A DNA stretch of 64,000 nt, from positions 132,556,001 to 132,620,000 of the forward strand of contig OZ024744.1 of assembly GCA_964016885.1 (NCBI GenBank). Reading direction: 5' to 3'. Shown one piece after another: positions 1 to 11,480 of this stretch. A program made the translations under genes and the position numbers. Under the pieces are notes generated by a model, which did no database searches, was not told the origin of the DNA, and worked only from the letters and a program-made list of their open reading frames with translations. Origin of the DNA: Eledone cirrhosa. Its lineage: Eukaryota. How positions within the stretch are numbered: position 1 is the first letter of the stretch; each line of letters starts with the position of its first letter.

Positions 1-3000
1 GTTAAGTTGGGGTTAAGTTAAGTTGGGGTTAGGTTAAGTTGGGGATAAGTTAAGTTGGGGATAATTTAAGTTGGGGTTAAGTTAAGTTGGGTTTAAGTTA
101 AGCTGGGGTTAAGTTAAGTTGGGGTTAAATTAAGTTGGGGTTAAGTTAAGTTGGGGTTAAGTTAAGTTTGGGTTAGGTTAAGTTGGGGATTAGTTAAGTT
201 GGGGATAAGTTAAGTTGGGGTTAAGTTAAGTTGGGTTTAAGTTAAGTTGTGGTTAAGTTAAGTTGGGGTTAAGTTAAGTTGGGGCTTAAGTTAAGTTGGG
301 GTTAGGTTAAGTTGGGGATAAGTTAAGTTGGGGATAATTTAAGTTGGGGTTAAGTTAAGTTGGGTTTAAGTTAAGCTGGGGTTAAGTTAAGTTGGGGTTA
401 AATTAAGTTGGGGTTAAGTTAAGTTGGGGTTAAGTTAAGTTTGGGTTAGGTTAAGTTGGGGATTAGTTAAGTTGGGGATAAGTTAAGTTGGGGTTAAGTT
501 AAGTTGGGTTTAAGTTAAGTTGTGGTTAAGTTAAGCTGGGGTTAAGTTAAGTTGGGGTTAAATTAAGTTGGGGTTAATTTAAGTTGGGGTTAAGTTAAGT
601 TGGGGTTCAGTTAAGTTGGGGATAAGTCAAGTTGGGGTTAAGTTAAGTTGGGGTTAAGTTAAGTTGGGGTTAGGTTAAGTTGGGGATAAATTAAGTTGGG
701 GATAAGCTAAGTTGGGGTTAAGTTAAGTTGGGTTTAAGTTAAGTTGGGGTTAAGTTAAGTTGGGGTTAAATTAAGTTGGAGATAAGTTAAGCTGGGGTTA
801 AATTAAGTTGGGGTTAAGTTAAGTTGGGGTTAGGTTAAGTTGGGGTTAACCCCAACTTAACTTAACCCCAACTTAACTTAGCCCCAACTTCACTCAACCC
901 CAACTTAACTTAACCCCAACTTCACTCAACCCCAACTTAACTCAACCCCAACTTAATTTAACCCCAACTTAACTTAACCCTAACTTAACTTAACCCCGAC
1001 TTAACTTAACCCCGACTTAACTTAACCCCAACTTAACTTAACCCCAACTTAACTTAACCCCAACTTAACTTAATCCCAACTTGACTTAACCCCAACTTAA
1101 CGCACACCCAACTTAACTTACCCCCAACTTAACTTAACCCCAAAATCGGAGTTACGTTAAGTTGGGGTTAAGTTAAGTTAGGCTTAACTTAAGTTGGGCT
1201 TAAGTTAAGTTGGGGGTAAGTTAAGTTGGGGGTAAGTTAAGTTGGGGTTAATTTAAGTTGGGGTTAAGTTAAGTGGTGGTTATGTTAAGTTGGGGTTAAG
1301 TTAAGTTGGGGTTAAATTAAGTTGGGGTTAAGTTAAGTTGGGTGTAAGTTAAGTTGGGGTTGAGTGAAGTTGGGGTTAAGTTAAGTTGGGGTTAAGTAGA
1401 GTTGGGGTTAAGTTAAGTTGGGGTTAAGTTAAGTTGGTGTTAAGTTGGGGTTAAGTTAAGTTGGGGTTAAGTTGGGGTTAAGTTAAGTGGTGGTTATGTT
1501 AAGTTGGGGTTAACTTAAGTTGGGGTTAATTTAAATTGGGGTTAAGTTAACTTTGTGGTTAAGTTAAGTTGGGGTTAAGTTAAGTTGGGGTTAAGTTAAG
1601 TTGGGGTTGAGGGAAGTTGGGGTTAAGTTAAGTTGGGGTTAACTTAAGTTGGGTTTAACTTAAGTTGCGGTTAAGTTAAGTTAGGGTTAAGTTAAGTTGG
1701 GGTTAAGTTAAGTCGGGGTTAAGTTAAGTTGGGGTTGAGTTAAGTTGGGGTTAATTTAAGTTGAGGTTATGTTAAGTTGGGGTTAATTTAAGTTGGGGTT
1801 AAGTTAAGTTGGGGTTAAGTTAAGTTGGGGTTAATTTAAGTTGGGGTTAAGTTCAGTTGGGGTTAATTTAAGTTGGGGTTAAGTTAAGTTGGGTTTAAGT
1901 TAAGTTGGGGTTAAATTAAGTTGGGGTTAAATTAAGTTGGGGTTAAGTTAAGTTGGGGTTAGGTTAAGTTGGGGATAAGTTAAGTTGGGGATAAGCTAAG
2001 TTGGGGTTAAGTTAAGTTGGGTTTAAGTTAAGTTGGGGTTAAGTTAAGTCGGGGTTATGTTAAGTCGGTGTTAAGTTAAGTTAGGGTTAAGTTAAGTTGG
2101 GGTTAAGTTAAGTTGGGGTTGAGTTAAGTTGGGGTTGAGTTAAATTGGGGTTGAGTTAAGTTGGGGTTAAGTTAAGTTGGGGTTAAGTTAAGTTAGGGTT
2201 AAGTTAAGTTGGGGTTAAGTTAAGTTGGGGTTAAGTTAAGTTGGGGCTGAGTTAAGTTGGGTGTACGTTAAGTTGGGGTTGACTGAAGTTGGGGTTAAGT
2301 TAAGTTGGGGTTAAGTTAAGTTAGGGTTAATTTAAGTTGGGGTTATGTTAAGTTGGGGTTAAGTTAAGTTGGTGTTAAGTTGGGGGTAATTTAAGTGGTG
2401 GTTATGTTAAGTTGGGGTTAAGTTAAGTTGGGGTTAATTTAAATTGGGGTTAAGTTAACTTTGTGGTTAAGTTAAGTTGGAGTTAAGTTAAGTTGGAGTT
2501 AAGTTAAGTTGGGGTTGAGTGAAGTTGGGGTTAAGTTAAGTTGGGGTTAGCTTAAGTTGGGTTTGAGTTAAGTTGCGGTTAAGTTAAGTTGGGGTTAAGT
2601 TAAGTTGGGGTTAAGTTAAGTCGGGGTTAATTTAAGTTGGGGTTAAGTTAAGTTGGGGTTAATTTAAGTTGGGGTTAAGTTAAGTTTAGGTTAAGTTAAG
2701 TTGGGGTTAAATTAAGTTGGGGTTAAGTTAAGTTGGGGTTAAGTTAAGTTGGGGTTAGGTTAAGTTGGGGATAAGTTAAGTTGGGGATAAGTTAAGTTGG
2801 GGTTAAGTTAAGTTGGGTTTAAGTTAAGTTGGGGTTAAGTTAAGTTGGGGTTTAATTAAGTTGGGGTTGAGTTAAGTTGGGGTTGACTTAAGTTGGGCTT
2901 AAGTTAAGTTGGGGTTAAGTTAAGATGTGGTTAAGTTAAGTTGGGGTTAAGTTAAGTTGGGGTTAAATTAAGTTGGGGTTAAGTTAAGTTGGGGGTAAGG

Positions 3001-6000
3001 TAAATTGCTGGTAAGTTAAGTTGGGGGTAAGTTAAGATGGGGCTAAGTTAAGTTGGGGTTAAGTTAATTTGGGGTTAAGTTAAGTTAGGGTTAAGTTAAG
3101 TTGGGGTTGACTTAAGTTGGGGTTAAGTTAAGTTGGGGTTATGTTAAGTTGGGTTTAAGTTAAGTTGGGGTTAAGTTAAGTTGGGGTTAAGTTAAGTTGG
3201 GGTTAAGTTAAGTTGGGGTTAAGTTAAGTTGGGATTAAGTTAAGTTGGGGTTAAGTTAAGTTGGGGTTAAATTAAGTTGGGGTTAAGTTAAGTTGGGGTT
3301 AATTTAAGTTGGGGTTAAGTTAAGTTGGGGTTGAGTTAAGTTGGGGGTAAGTTAAGTTGGGGGTAAGTTAAGTTGGGTGTAAGTTAAGATGGGGTTAAGT
3401 TAAGTTGGAGTTAAGTTATTTTGGGGTTAAGTTAAGTTGGGAGTAAGTTAAGTTGGTGATAAGTTAAGTTGGGGGTAAGTTAAGTTGGGGTTAAGTTAAG
3501 TTGGGTTAAGTTGGGGTTAAGTTAAGTTAGGGTTAAGTTAAGTTGGGGTTGAGTTAAGTTGGGGTTAAGTTAAGAGGTGGTTATGTTCAGTTGGGGTTAA
3601 GTTAAGTTGGGGTTAAGTTAAGTTGGGGTTAAGTTAAGTTGGGGTTAAGATAAGTTGGGGTTAAGTTAAGTTGGGGTTGAGTTAAGTTGGGGTTGAGTTA
3701 ATTTGGGGTTAAGTTAAGTTGGGGTTAACTTAATTTGGGTTTAATTTAAGTTGGGGTTAAGTTAAGTTGGGGTTAAATTAAGTTGGGATTAAGTTAAGTT
3801 GGGTGTACGTTAAGTTGGGGTTGACTGAAGTTGGGGTTAAGTTAAGTTGGGGTTAAGTAGAGTTGGGGTTAATTTAAGTTGGGGTTAAGTTAAGTTGGTG
3901 TTAAGTTGGGGTTAAGTTAAGTTGGGGTTAAGTTGGGGTTAAGTTAAGTGGTGGTTATGTTAAGTTGGGGTTAAGTTAAGTTGGGGTTAATTTAAATTGG
4001 GGTTAAGTTAACTTTGTGGTTAAGTTAAGTTGGAGTTAAGTTAAGTTGGGGTTAAGTTAAGTTGGGGTTGAGTGAAGTTGGGGTTAATTTAAGTTGGGGT
4101 TCAGTTAAGTTGGGGTTAAGTTAAGTTGGGGTTGAGTTAAGTTGGGGTTAATTTAAGTTGAGGTTATTTTAAGTTGGGGTTAAGTTAAGTTGGGGTTAAG
4201 TTAAGTTGGGGTTAAGTTAAGTTGGGGTTAAGTTAAGTTGGGGTTAAGTTAAGTTGGGTTTAAGTTAAGTTGGGGTTAAATTAAGTGGGGGTTAAATTAA
4301 AGTGGGGTTAAGTTAAGTTGGGGGTAAGTTAAGTTGGGGGCAAGTTAAGTTGGTGTTAAGTTAAGTTGGGGTTAAGTTAAGTTGGGGTTAAGTTAAGTTG
4401 GGTTAAATTAAGTTGGGACTAAGTTAAGTTAGGGCTAAGTTCAGTTGGGGTAAAGTTAAGTTGGGGCTAAGTTAAGTTGGGTATAAGTTGAGTTGGGGTT
4501 AAGTTAAGTTGGGGTTAAGTTAAGTTGGGGTTAAATTAAGTTGGGGTTAATTAAGTTGGGGTTAAGTTAAGTTGGGGTTAAGTTAAGTTGGGGTTAATTT
4601 AAGTTGGGGTTGTGTTAATTTGGGGTTAAGTTAAGTTGGGGTTATATTAAGTTGGGTTTAAGTTAAGTTGGGGTTAAGTTAAGTTGGGGTTAAGTTAAGT
4701 TAGGGTTAATTTAAGTTGGGGTTATGTTAAGTTGGGGTTAAGTTAAGTTGGGGTTAAGTAGAGTTGGGGTTAATTTAAGTTGGGGTTAAGTTAAGTTGGT
4801 GTTAAGTTGGGGTTAAGTTAAGTTGGGGTTAAGTTGGGGTTAAGTTGAGTGGTGGTTATGTTAAGTTGGGGTTAAGTTAAGTTGGGGTTAATTTAAATTG
4901 GGGCTAAGTTAACTTTGTGGTTAAGTTAAGTTGGAGTTAAGTTGGGGTTAAGTTAAGTTGGGGTTGAGTGAAGTTGGGGTTAAGTTAAGTTGGGGTTAAC
5001 TTAAGTTGGGGTTAAGTTAAGTTGGGGTTAAATTAAGTTGGGGTTAAATTAAGGTGGGGTTAAGTTAAGTTGGGGGTAAGTTAAGTTGGGGGCAAGTTAA
5101 GTTGGTGTTAAGTTAAGTTGGGGTTAAGTTAAGTTGGGGTTAAGTTAAGTTGGGTTTAAGTTAAGTTGGGACTAAGTTAAGTTAGGGCTAAGTTAAGTTG
5201 GGGTTAAGTTAAGTTGGGGCTAAGTTAAGTTGGGTCTAAGTTGAGTGGTGGTTATGTTAAGTTGGGGTTAAGTTAAGTTGGGGTTAATTTAAATTGGGGT
5301 TAAGTTAAGTTGGGGTTAAGTTAAGTTGGGGTTAAATTAAGTTGGGGTTAATTAAGTTGTGGTTAAGTTAAGTTGGGGTTAAGTTAAGTTGGGGTTAATT
5401 TAAGTTGGGGTTGTGTTAAGTTGGGGTTAAGTTAAGTTGGGGATAAGTTAAGTTGGGGTTAAGTTAAGTTGGGGGTAAGTTAAGTTGGTGGTAAGTTAAG
5501 TTGGGGTTAAGTTAAGTTGGGGTTAATTTAAATTGGGGTTAATTTAACTTTGTGGTTAAGTTAAGTTGGGGTTTATTTAAGTTGGGTTTAAGTTAAGTTG
5601 GGGTTGAGTTAAGTTGGGGTTGAGTGAAGTTGGGGTTAAGTTAAGTCGGGGTTAATTTAAGTTGGGGTTGAGTTAAGTCGGGGCTAATTTAAGTTGGGGC
5701 TAAGTTAATTTGTGGTTAAGTTAAGTTGGGGTTAAGTTAAGTTGGGGTTAAGTTAAGTTGGGGGTAAGTTAAGTTGGGGGCAAGATAAGTTGGGGTTAAG
5801 TTAAGTTGCGGTTAAGTTAAGTTGGGGTTAAGTTAAGTTGGGTTTAAGTTAAGTTGGGGTTCAGTTAAGTTGGGGTTAATTTAAGTTGGGGTTAAGTTAA
5901 GTTGGGGTTGAGTTAAGTTGGGGTTTAATTAAGTTGGGGTTGAGTTAAGTTGGGGTTGAGTTAAGTGGGGGTTGAGTTAAGTTGGGGTTAAGCTAAGTTG

Positions 6001-6266
6001 GGGTTAAGTTAAATTGAGGTTAAGTTAACTTGGGTTTGAGTTAAGTTGGGGTTAAGTTAAGTTGGTGTTAAGTTCAGTTCAGGTTAAGTTAACTTGGGGT
6101 TAAGTTAAGTTGGGGTTGAGTTAAGTTGGGGTTGAGTTAAGTTGGGGTTAAGTTAAGTTGGGGTTAACTTAAGTTGGGGTTAAGTTAAGTTGGGGTTAAT
6201 TTAAGTTGGGGTTCAGTTAAATTGAGGTTAAGATAACTTGGGTTTGCGTTAAGATGGGGTTAAGTT
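1..6266 (+). repeat. Satellite A array 1: 16-bp tandem repeat GGGGTTAAGTTAAGTT (G-rich on +), continues off the left edge
   Basis: Continuous 16-bp periodicity with point variants (GGGGATAAG, GTTAGGTT, TGAGTGAAG, GTGGTGGTTATG, GTAGAG) and occasional 11-bp monomers lacking one GTTAA. Confidence 0.99.
848..1143 (-). repeat. Inverted satellite-A cassette, class alpha
   Basis: Starts at palindrome GGGGTT|AACCCC (842-853), reads AACTTAACTTAACCCC, ends CCCCAA|AATCGGAGTTACG; diagnostic variants TTAGCCCC and CGCACACCC. Confidence 0.97.
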
Positions 6267-6982
6267 AGGTTTTTCGAAAACCTTATATAATCATTTTTAT
6301 TTAGGTTCTTCGAAACACCTTATATAATCAATTTTTTTAGGTTTTTCGAAAAACCTTATATAATCAATTTTTTAATACTTTTAGAAATATTTATATATGA
6401 TTTCAAATATTGATTTTATTAGGTTTTTGGAATAATCAATTTTTTTTACGTTTTTCGAAAAATGTTATATAATCAATTTTTTTTAGGTTTTTCGATTCAA
6501 TTCAATTTTTATAATCAAATATTTTTAGGTTTTTAGAAAAACCTTATATAATCAAATTTTTTTAGGTTTTTCGAAAAACCTTATATAATTAATTTTTTTA
6601 TACTTTTAGAAATATTTATATCTGATTTCAAATATTGGATTTTTTAGGTTTTTCGATAATCAATTTTTTTTAGATTTTTCGAAAAATCTTATATAATCAA
6701 TTTTTTTACGTTTTTAGAAAGACCTTATATAATCAATTTTTTCATACTTTTAGAAATATTTATATCTGATTTCAAATATTGATTTTTTTTTTAGGTTTTT
6801 CGAAATACCTTATATAATCAATTTTTTTTAGGTTTTTCAAATTACTTTATATAATCAATTTTTTTTATCTGATTTCAAATATTGATTTTTTTAGCTTTTT
6901 CGACAAAATCTTATATAATCAATTTTTTTTAGGTTTTTCGAAAAAGAATGAATTTGAGTTCATAGTCGAAATATATACTTCT

Positions 6983-7039
6983 GCATTAATCTTTTTACGT
7001 TTTTTTGATTTTTTTTAAAAAAACGTAAAAAATTAATGC
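6983..7039. other. Stem-loop in satellite-B core (GCATTAATCTTTTTACGTTTTTTT...AAAAAAACGTAAAAAATTAATGC), repeated in most B units
   Basis: About 23-bp inverted repeat with one bulged C and a short T-rich loop, read directly. Confidence 0.9.
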
Positions 7040-10000
7040 TTTTACAAATCTTTTGAAATATTTACTTTCTAGTTTCAAATTTTGCAGATTAAATTTTTCT
7101 CGAAAAACCTAAAAAATCAGTTGTCGAAATCAGAAGTTAATATTTCGAAAAACGCAATTTGAAAAACTCATATTAATTTTTTTTCGAAAACTTATTATAT
7201 AATCAATTTTTTTATACTTTTAGAAATATTTATATCTGATTTCAAATATTGATTTTTTTAGGTTTTTCGAAAACCCTATATAATCAATTTTTTTGTACTT
7301 TTAGAAATATCTATATCTGATTTCATGTATTGATTTTTTTATATTTTTCGAAAAAGCTTAGATAATCAATTTTTTTAGGTCTTTCGAAAACATTATATAA
7401 TCAATTTTTTTTTAGGTTTTTCGAAAAAACCTTATATAATCAATTTTTTTTAGGTTTTTCAAATATTGATTTTTTTAGCTTTTTCGACAAAATCTTATAT
7501 AATCAATTTTTTTTAGGTTTTTCGAAAAAGAATGAATTTGAGTTCATAGTCGAAATATATACTTCTGCATTAATCTTTTTACGTTTTTTTGATTTTTTTA
7601 AAAAAACGTAAAAAATTAATGCTTTTACAAATCTTTTGAAATATTTACTTTCTAGTTTCAAATTTTGCAGATTAAATTTTTCTCGAAAAACCTAAAAAAT
7701 CAGTTGTCGAAATCAGAAGTTAATATTTCGAAAAACGCAATTTGAAAAACTCATATTAATTTTTTTTCGAAAACATTATATAATCAATTTTTTAGAAATA
7801 TTTATATCTGATTTCAAATATTGATTTTTTTAGGTTTTTCGAAAACCCTATATAATCAATTTTTTTGTACTTTTAGAAATATCTATATCTGATTTCATGT
7901 ATTGATTTTTTTATATTTTTCGAAAAATCTTATATAATCAATTTTTTTACGTTTTTAGAAAAACCTTATATAATCAATTTTTTTTAGGTTTTTCGAAAAA
8001 CCTTATATAATCAATTTTTTTATGTTTTTTCGAAAAATCTTATATAATCAATTTTTTTACGTTTTTAGAAATATCTATATCTGATTTCAAATATTGATTT
8101 TTTTTAGATTTTTCGAAATACCTTATATAATCAATTTTTTTTAGGTTTTTCAAATTACCTTATATAATCAATTTTTTTTATCAGATTTCAAATATTGATT
8201 TTTTTAGCTTTTTCGACAAAATCTTATATAATCAATTTTTTTTAGGTTTTTCGAAAAAGAATGAATTTGAGTTCATAGTCGAAATATATACTTCTGCATT
8301 AATCTTTTTACGTTTTTTTGATTTTTTTTAAAAAAACGTAAAAAATTAATGCTTTTACAAATCTTTTGAAATATTTACTTTCTAGTTTCAAATTTTGCAG
8401 ATTAAATTTTTCTCGAAAAACCTAAAAAATCAGTTGTCGAAATCAGAAGTTAATATTTCGAAAAACGCAATTTGAAAAACTCATATTAATTTTTTTTCGA
8501 AAACATTATATAATCAATTTTTTTTTAGGTTTTTCGAAAAAACCTTATATAATCAATTCTTTTTTTGGTTTTTTCGAAAAATCTTATATAATCAATTTTT
8601 TTACGTTTTTAGAAAAACCTTATATAATCAATTTTTTTTAGATTTTTCAAAAAACCTTATATAATCAATTTTTTTTAGGTTTTTCGAAAAACCTTATATA
8701 ATCAATTTTTTTTGTTTTTTTGAAAAATCTTATATAATCAATTTTTTTACGTTTTTAGAAATATTTATATCTGATTTCAAATATTGATTTTTTTTAGGTT
8801 TTTCGAATTACCTTATATAATCAATTCTTTTTTTGGTTTTTTCGAAAAATCTTATATAATCAATTTTTTTACGTTTTTAGAAAAACCTTATATAATCAAT
8901 TTTTTTTAGATTTTTCAAAAAACCTTATATAATCAATTTTTTTTGTTTTTTTGAAAAATCTTATATAATCAATTTTTTTACGTTTTTAGAAATATTTATA
9001 TCTGATTTCAAATATTGATTTTTTTTAGATTTTTCGAAACACCTTATATAATCAATTTTTTTTAGGTTTTTCAAATTACCTTATATAATCAATTTTTTTT
9101 ATCTGATTTCAAATATTGATTTTTTTAGCTTTTTCGACAAAATCTTATATAATCAATTTTTTTTAGGTTTTTCGAAAAAGAATGAATTTGAGTTCATAGT
9201 CGAAATATATACTTCTGCATTAATCTTTTTACGTTTTTTTAATTTTTTTTAAAAAAACGTAAAAAATTAATGCTTTTACAAATCTTTTGAAATATTCACT
9301 ATCTAGTTTCAAATTTTGCAGATTAAATTTTTCTCGAAAAACCTAAAAAATCAGTTGTCGAAATCAGAAGTTAATATTTCGTAAAACGCAATTTGAAAAA
9401 CTCATTAATTTTTTTTCGAAAACTTATTATATAATCAATTTTTTTATACTTTTAGAAATATTTATATCTGATTTCAAATATTGATTTTTTTAGGTTTTTC
9501 GAAAACCCTATATAATCAATTTTTTTGTACTTTTAGAAATATCTATATCTGATTTCATGTATTGATTTTTTTATATTTTTCGAAAAAGCTTAGATAATCA
9601 ATTTTTTTAGGTCTTTCGAAAACCTTATATAATCAATTTTTTTTTAGGTTTTTCGAAAAAACCTTATATGATCAATTTTTTTTAGGTTTTTTCTAAAAAT
9701 CTTATATAATCAATTTTTTTTAGGTTTTTCGAAAAACCTTATATAATCAATTTTTTTTGTTTTTTCGAAAAATCTTATATAATTAATTTTTTTACGTTTT
9801 TAGAAATATTTATATCTGATTTCAAATATTGATTTTTTTTAGATTTTTCGAAATACCTTATATAATCAATTTTTTTTAGGTTTTTCAAATTACCTTATAT
9901 AATCAATTTTTTTTATCAGATTTCAAATATTGATTTTTTTAGCTTTTTCGACAAAATCTTATATAATCAATTTTTTTTAGGTTTTTCGAAAAAGAATGAA

Positions 10001-11480
10001 TTTGAGTTCATAGTCGAAATATATACTTCTGCATTTTTACGTTTTTTTGATTTTTTTTAAAAAAACGTAAAAAATTAATGCTTTTACAAATCTTTTGAAA
10101 TATTTACTTTCTAGTTTCAAATTTTGCAGATTAAATTTTTCTCGAAAAACCTAAAAAATCAGTTGTCGAAATCAGAAGTTAATATTTCGAAAAACGCAAT
10201 TTGAAAAACTCATATTAATTTTTTTTCGAAAACATTATATAATCAATTTTTTAGAAATATTTATATCTGATTTCAAATATTGATTTTTTTAGGTTTTTCG
10301 AAAACCCTATATAATCAATTTTTTTGTACTTTTAGAAATATCTATATCTGATTTCATGTATTGATTTTTTTATATTTTTCGAAAAATCTTATATAATCAA
10401 TTTGTTTACGTTTTTAGAAAAACCTTATATAATCAATTTTTTTTGTTTTTTCTAAAAATCTTATATAATCAATTTTTTTTAGGTTTTTCGAAAAACCTTA
10501 TATAATCAATTTTTTTATGTTTTTTCGAAAAATCTTATATAATCAATTTTTATACGTTTTTAGAAATATTTATATCTGATTTCAAATATTGATTTTTTTT
10601 AGATTTTTCGAAATACCTTATATAATCAATTTTTTTTAGGTTTTTCAAATTACCTTATATAATCAATTTTTTTTATCTGATTTCAAATATTGATTTTTTT
10701 AGCTTTTTCGACAAAATCTTATATAATCAATTTTTTTTAGGTTTTTCGAAAAAGAATGAATTTGAGTTCATAGTCGAAATATATACTTCTGCATTAATCT
10801 TTTTACGTTTTTTTGAAAAAATTAATGCTTTTACAAATCTTTTGAAATATTTACTTTCTAGTTTCAAATTTTGCAGATTAAATTTTTCTCGAAAAACCTA
10901 AAAAATCAGTTGTCGAAATCAGAAGTTAATATTTCGAAAAACGCAATTTGAAAAACTCATATTAATTTCTTTTCGAAAACATTATATAATCAATTTTTTA
11001 GAAATATTTATATCTGATTTCAAATATTGATTTTTTTAGGTTTTTCGAAAACCCTATATAATCAATTTTTTTGTACTTTTAGAAATATCTATATCTGATT
11101 TCATGTATTGATTTTTTTATATTTTTAGAAAAAGCTTAGATAATCAATTTTTTTAGGTCTTTCGAAAACCTTATATAATCAATTTTTTTTTAGGTTTTTC
11201 GAAAAAACCTTATATAATCATTATTTTTTAGGCTTTTTCGAAAAATCTTATATAATCAATTTTTTTACGTTTTTCGAAAAAACTTATATCAATTTTTTTT
11301 AGGTTTTTCAAAAAACCTTATATAATCAATTTTTTTTAGGTTTTTCGAAAAACCTTATATAATCAATTTTTTTTGTTTTTTCAAAAAATCTTATATAATC
11401 AATTTTTTTACGTTTTTAGAAATATTTATATCTTATTTCAAATATTGATTTTTTTTAGATTTTTCGAAATACCTTATATA

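Noticed and set aside
842-853. Recent telomere fusion, breakage-fusion-bridge or sequencing fold-back artefact at GGGGTTAACCCC
   Set aside because: The arms do not mirror each other's variants, inverted tracts are short and of class-specific length, and identical junctions recur, so they are inherited copies of old events.
1-6266. piggyBac insertions at TTAA sites
   Set aside because: TTAA is intrinsic to the monomer; no transposase, terminal inverted repeats or distinct target-site duplication are present.
6339-6356. Heat-shock elements in TTTTTCGAAAAA
   Set aside because: HSEs need nTTCnnGAAn spacing, whereas TTCGAA has no spacer, and there is no gene to regulate.
6983-7045. Rho-independent terminator or Helitron 3' hairpin
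   Set aside because: The stem is AT-rich, there is no upstream gene, and no GC-rich hairpin followed closely by CTRR was seen.
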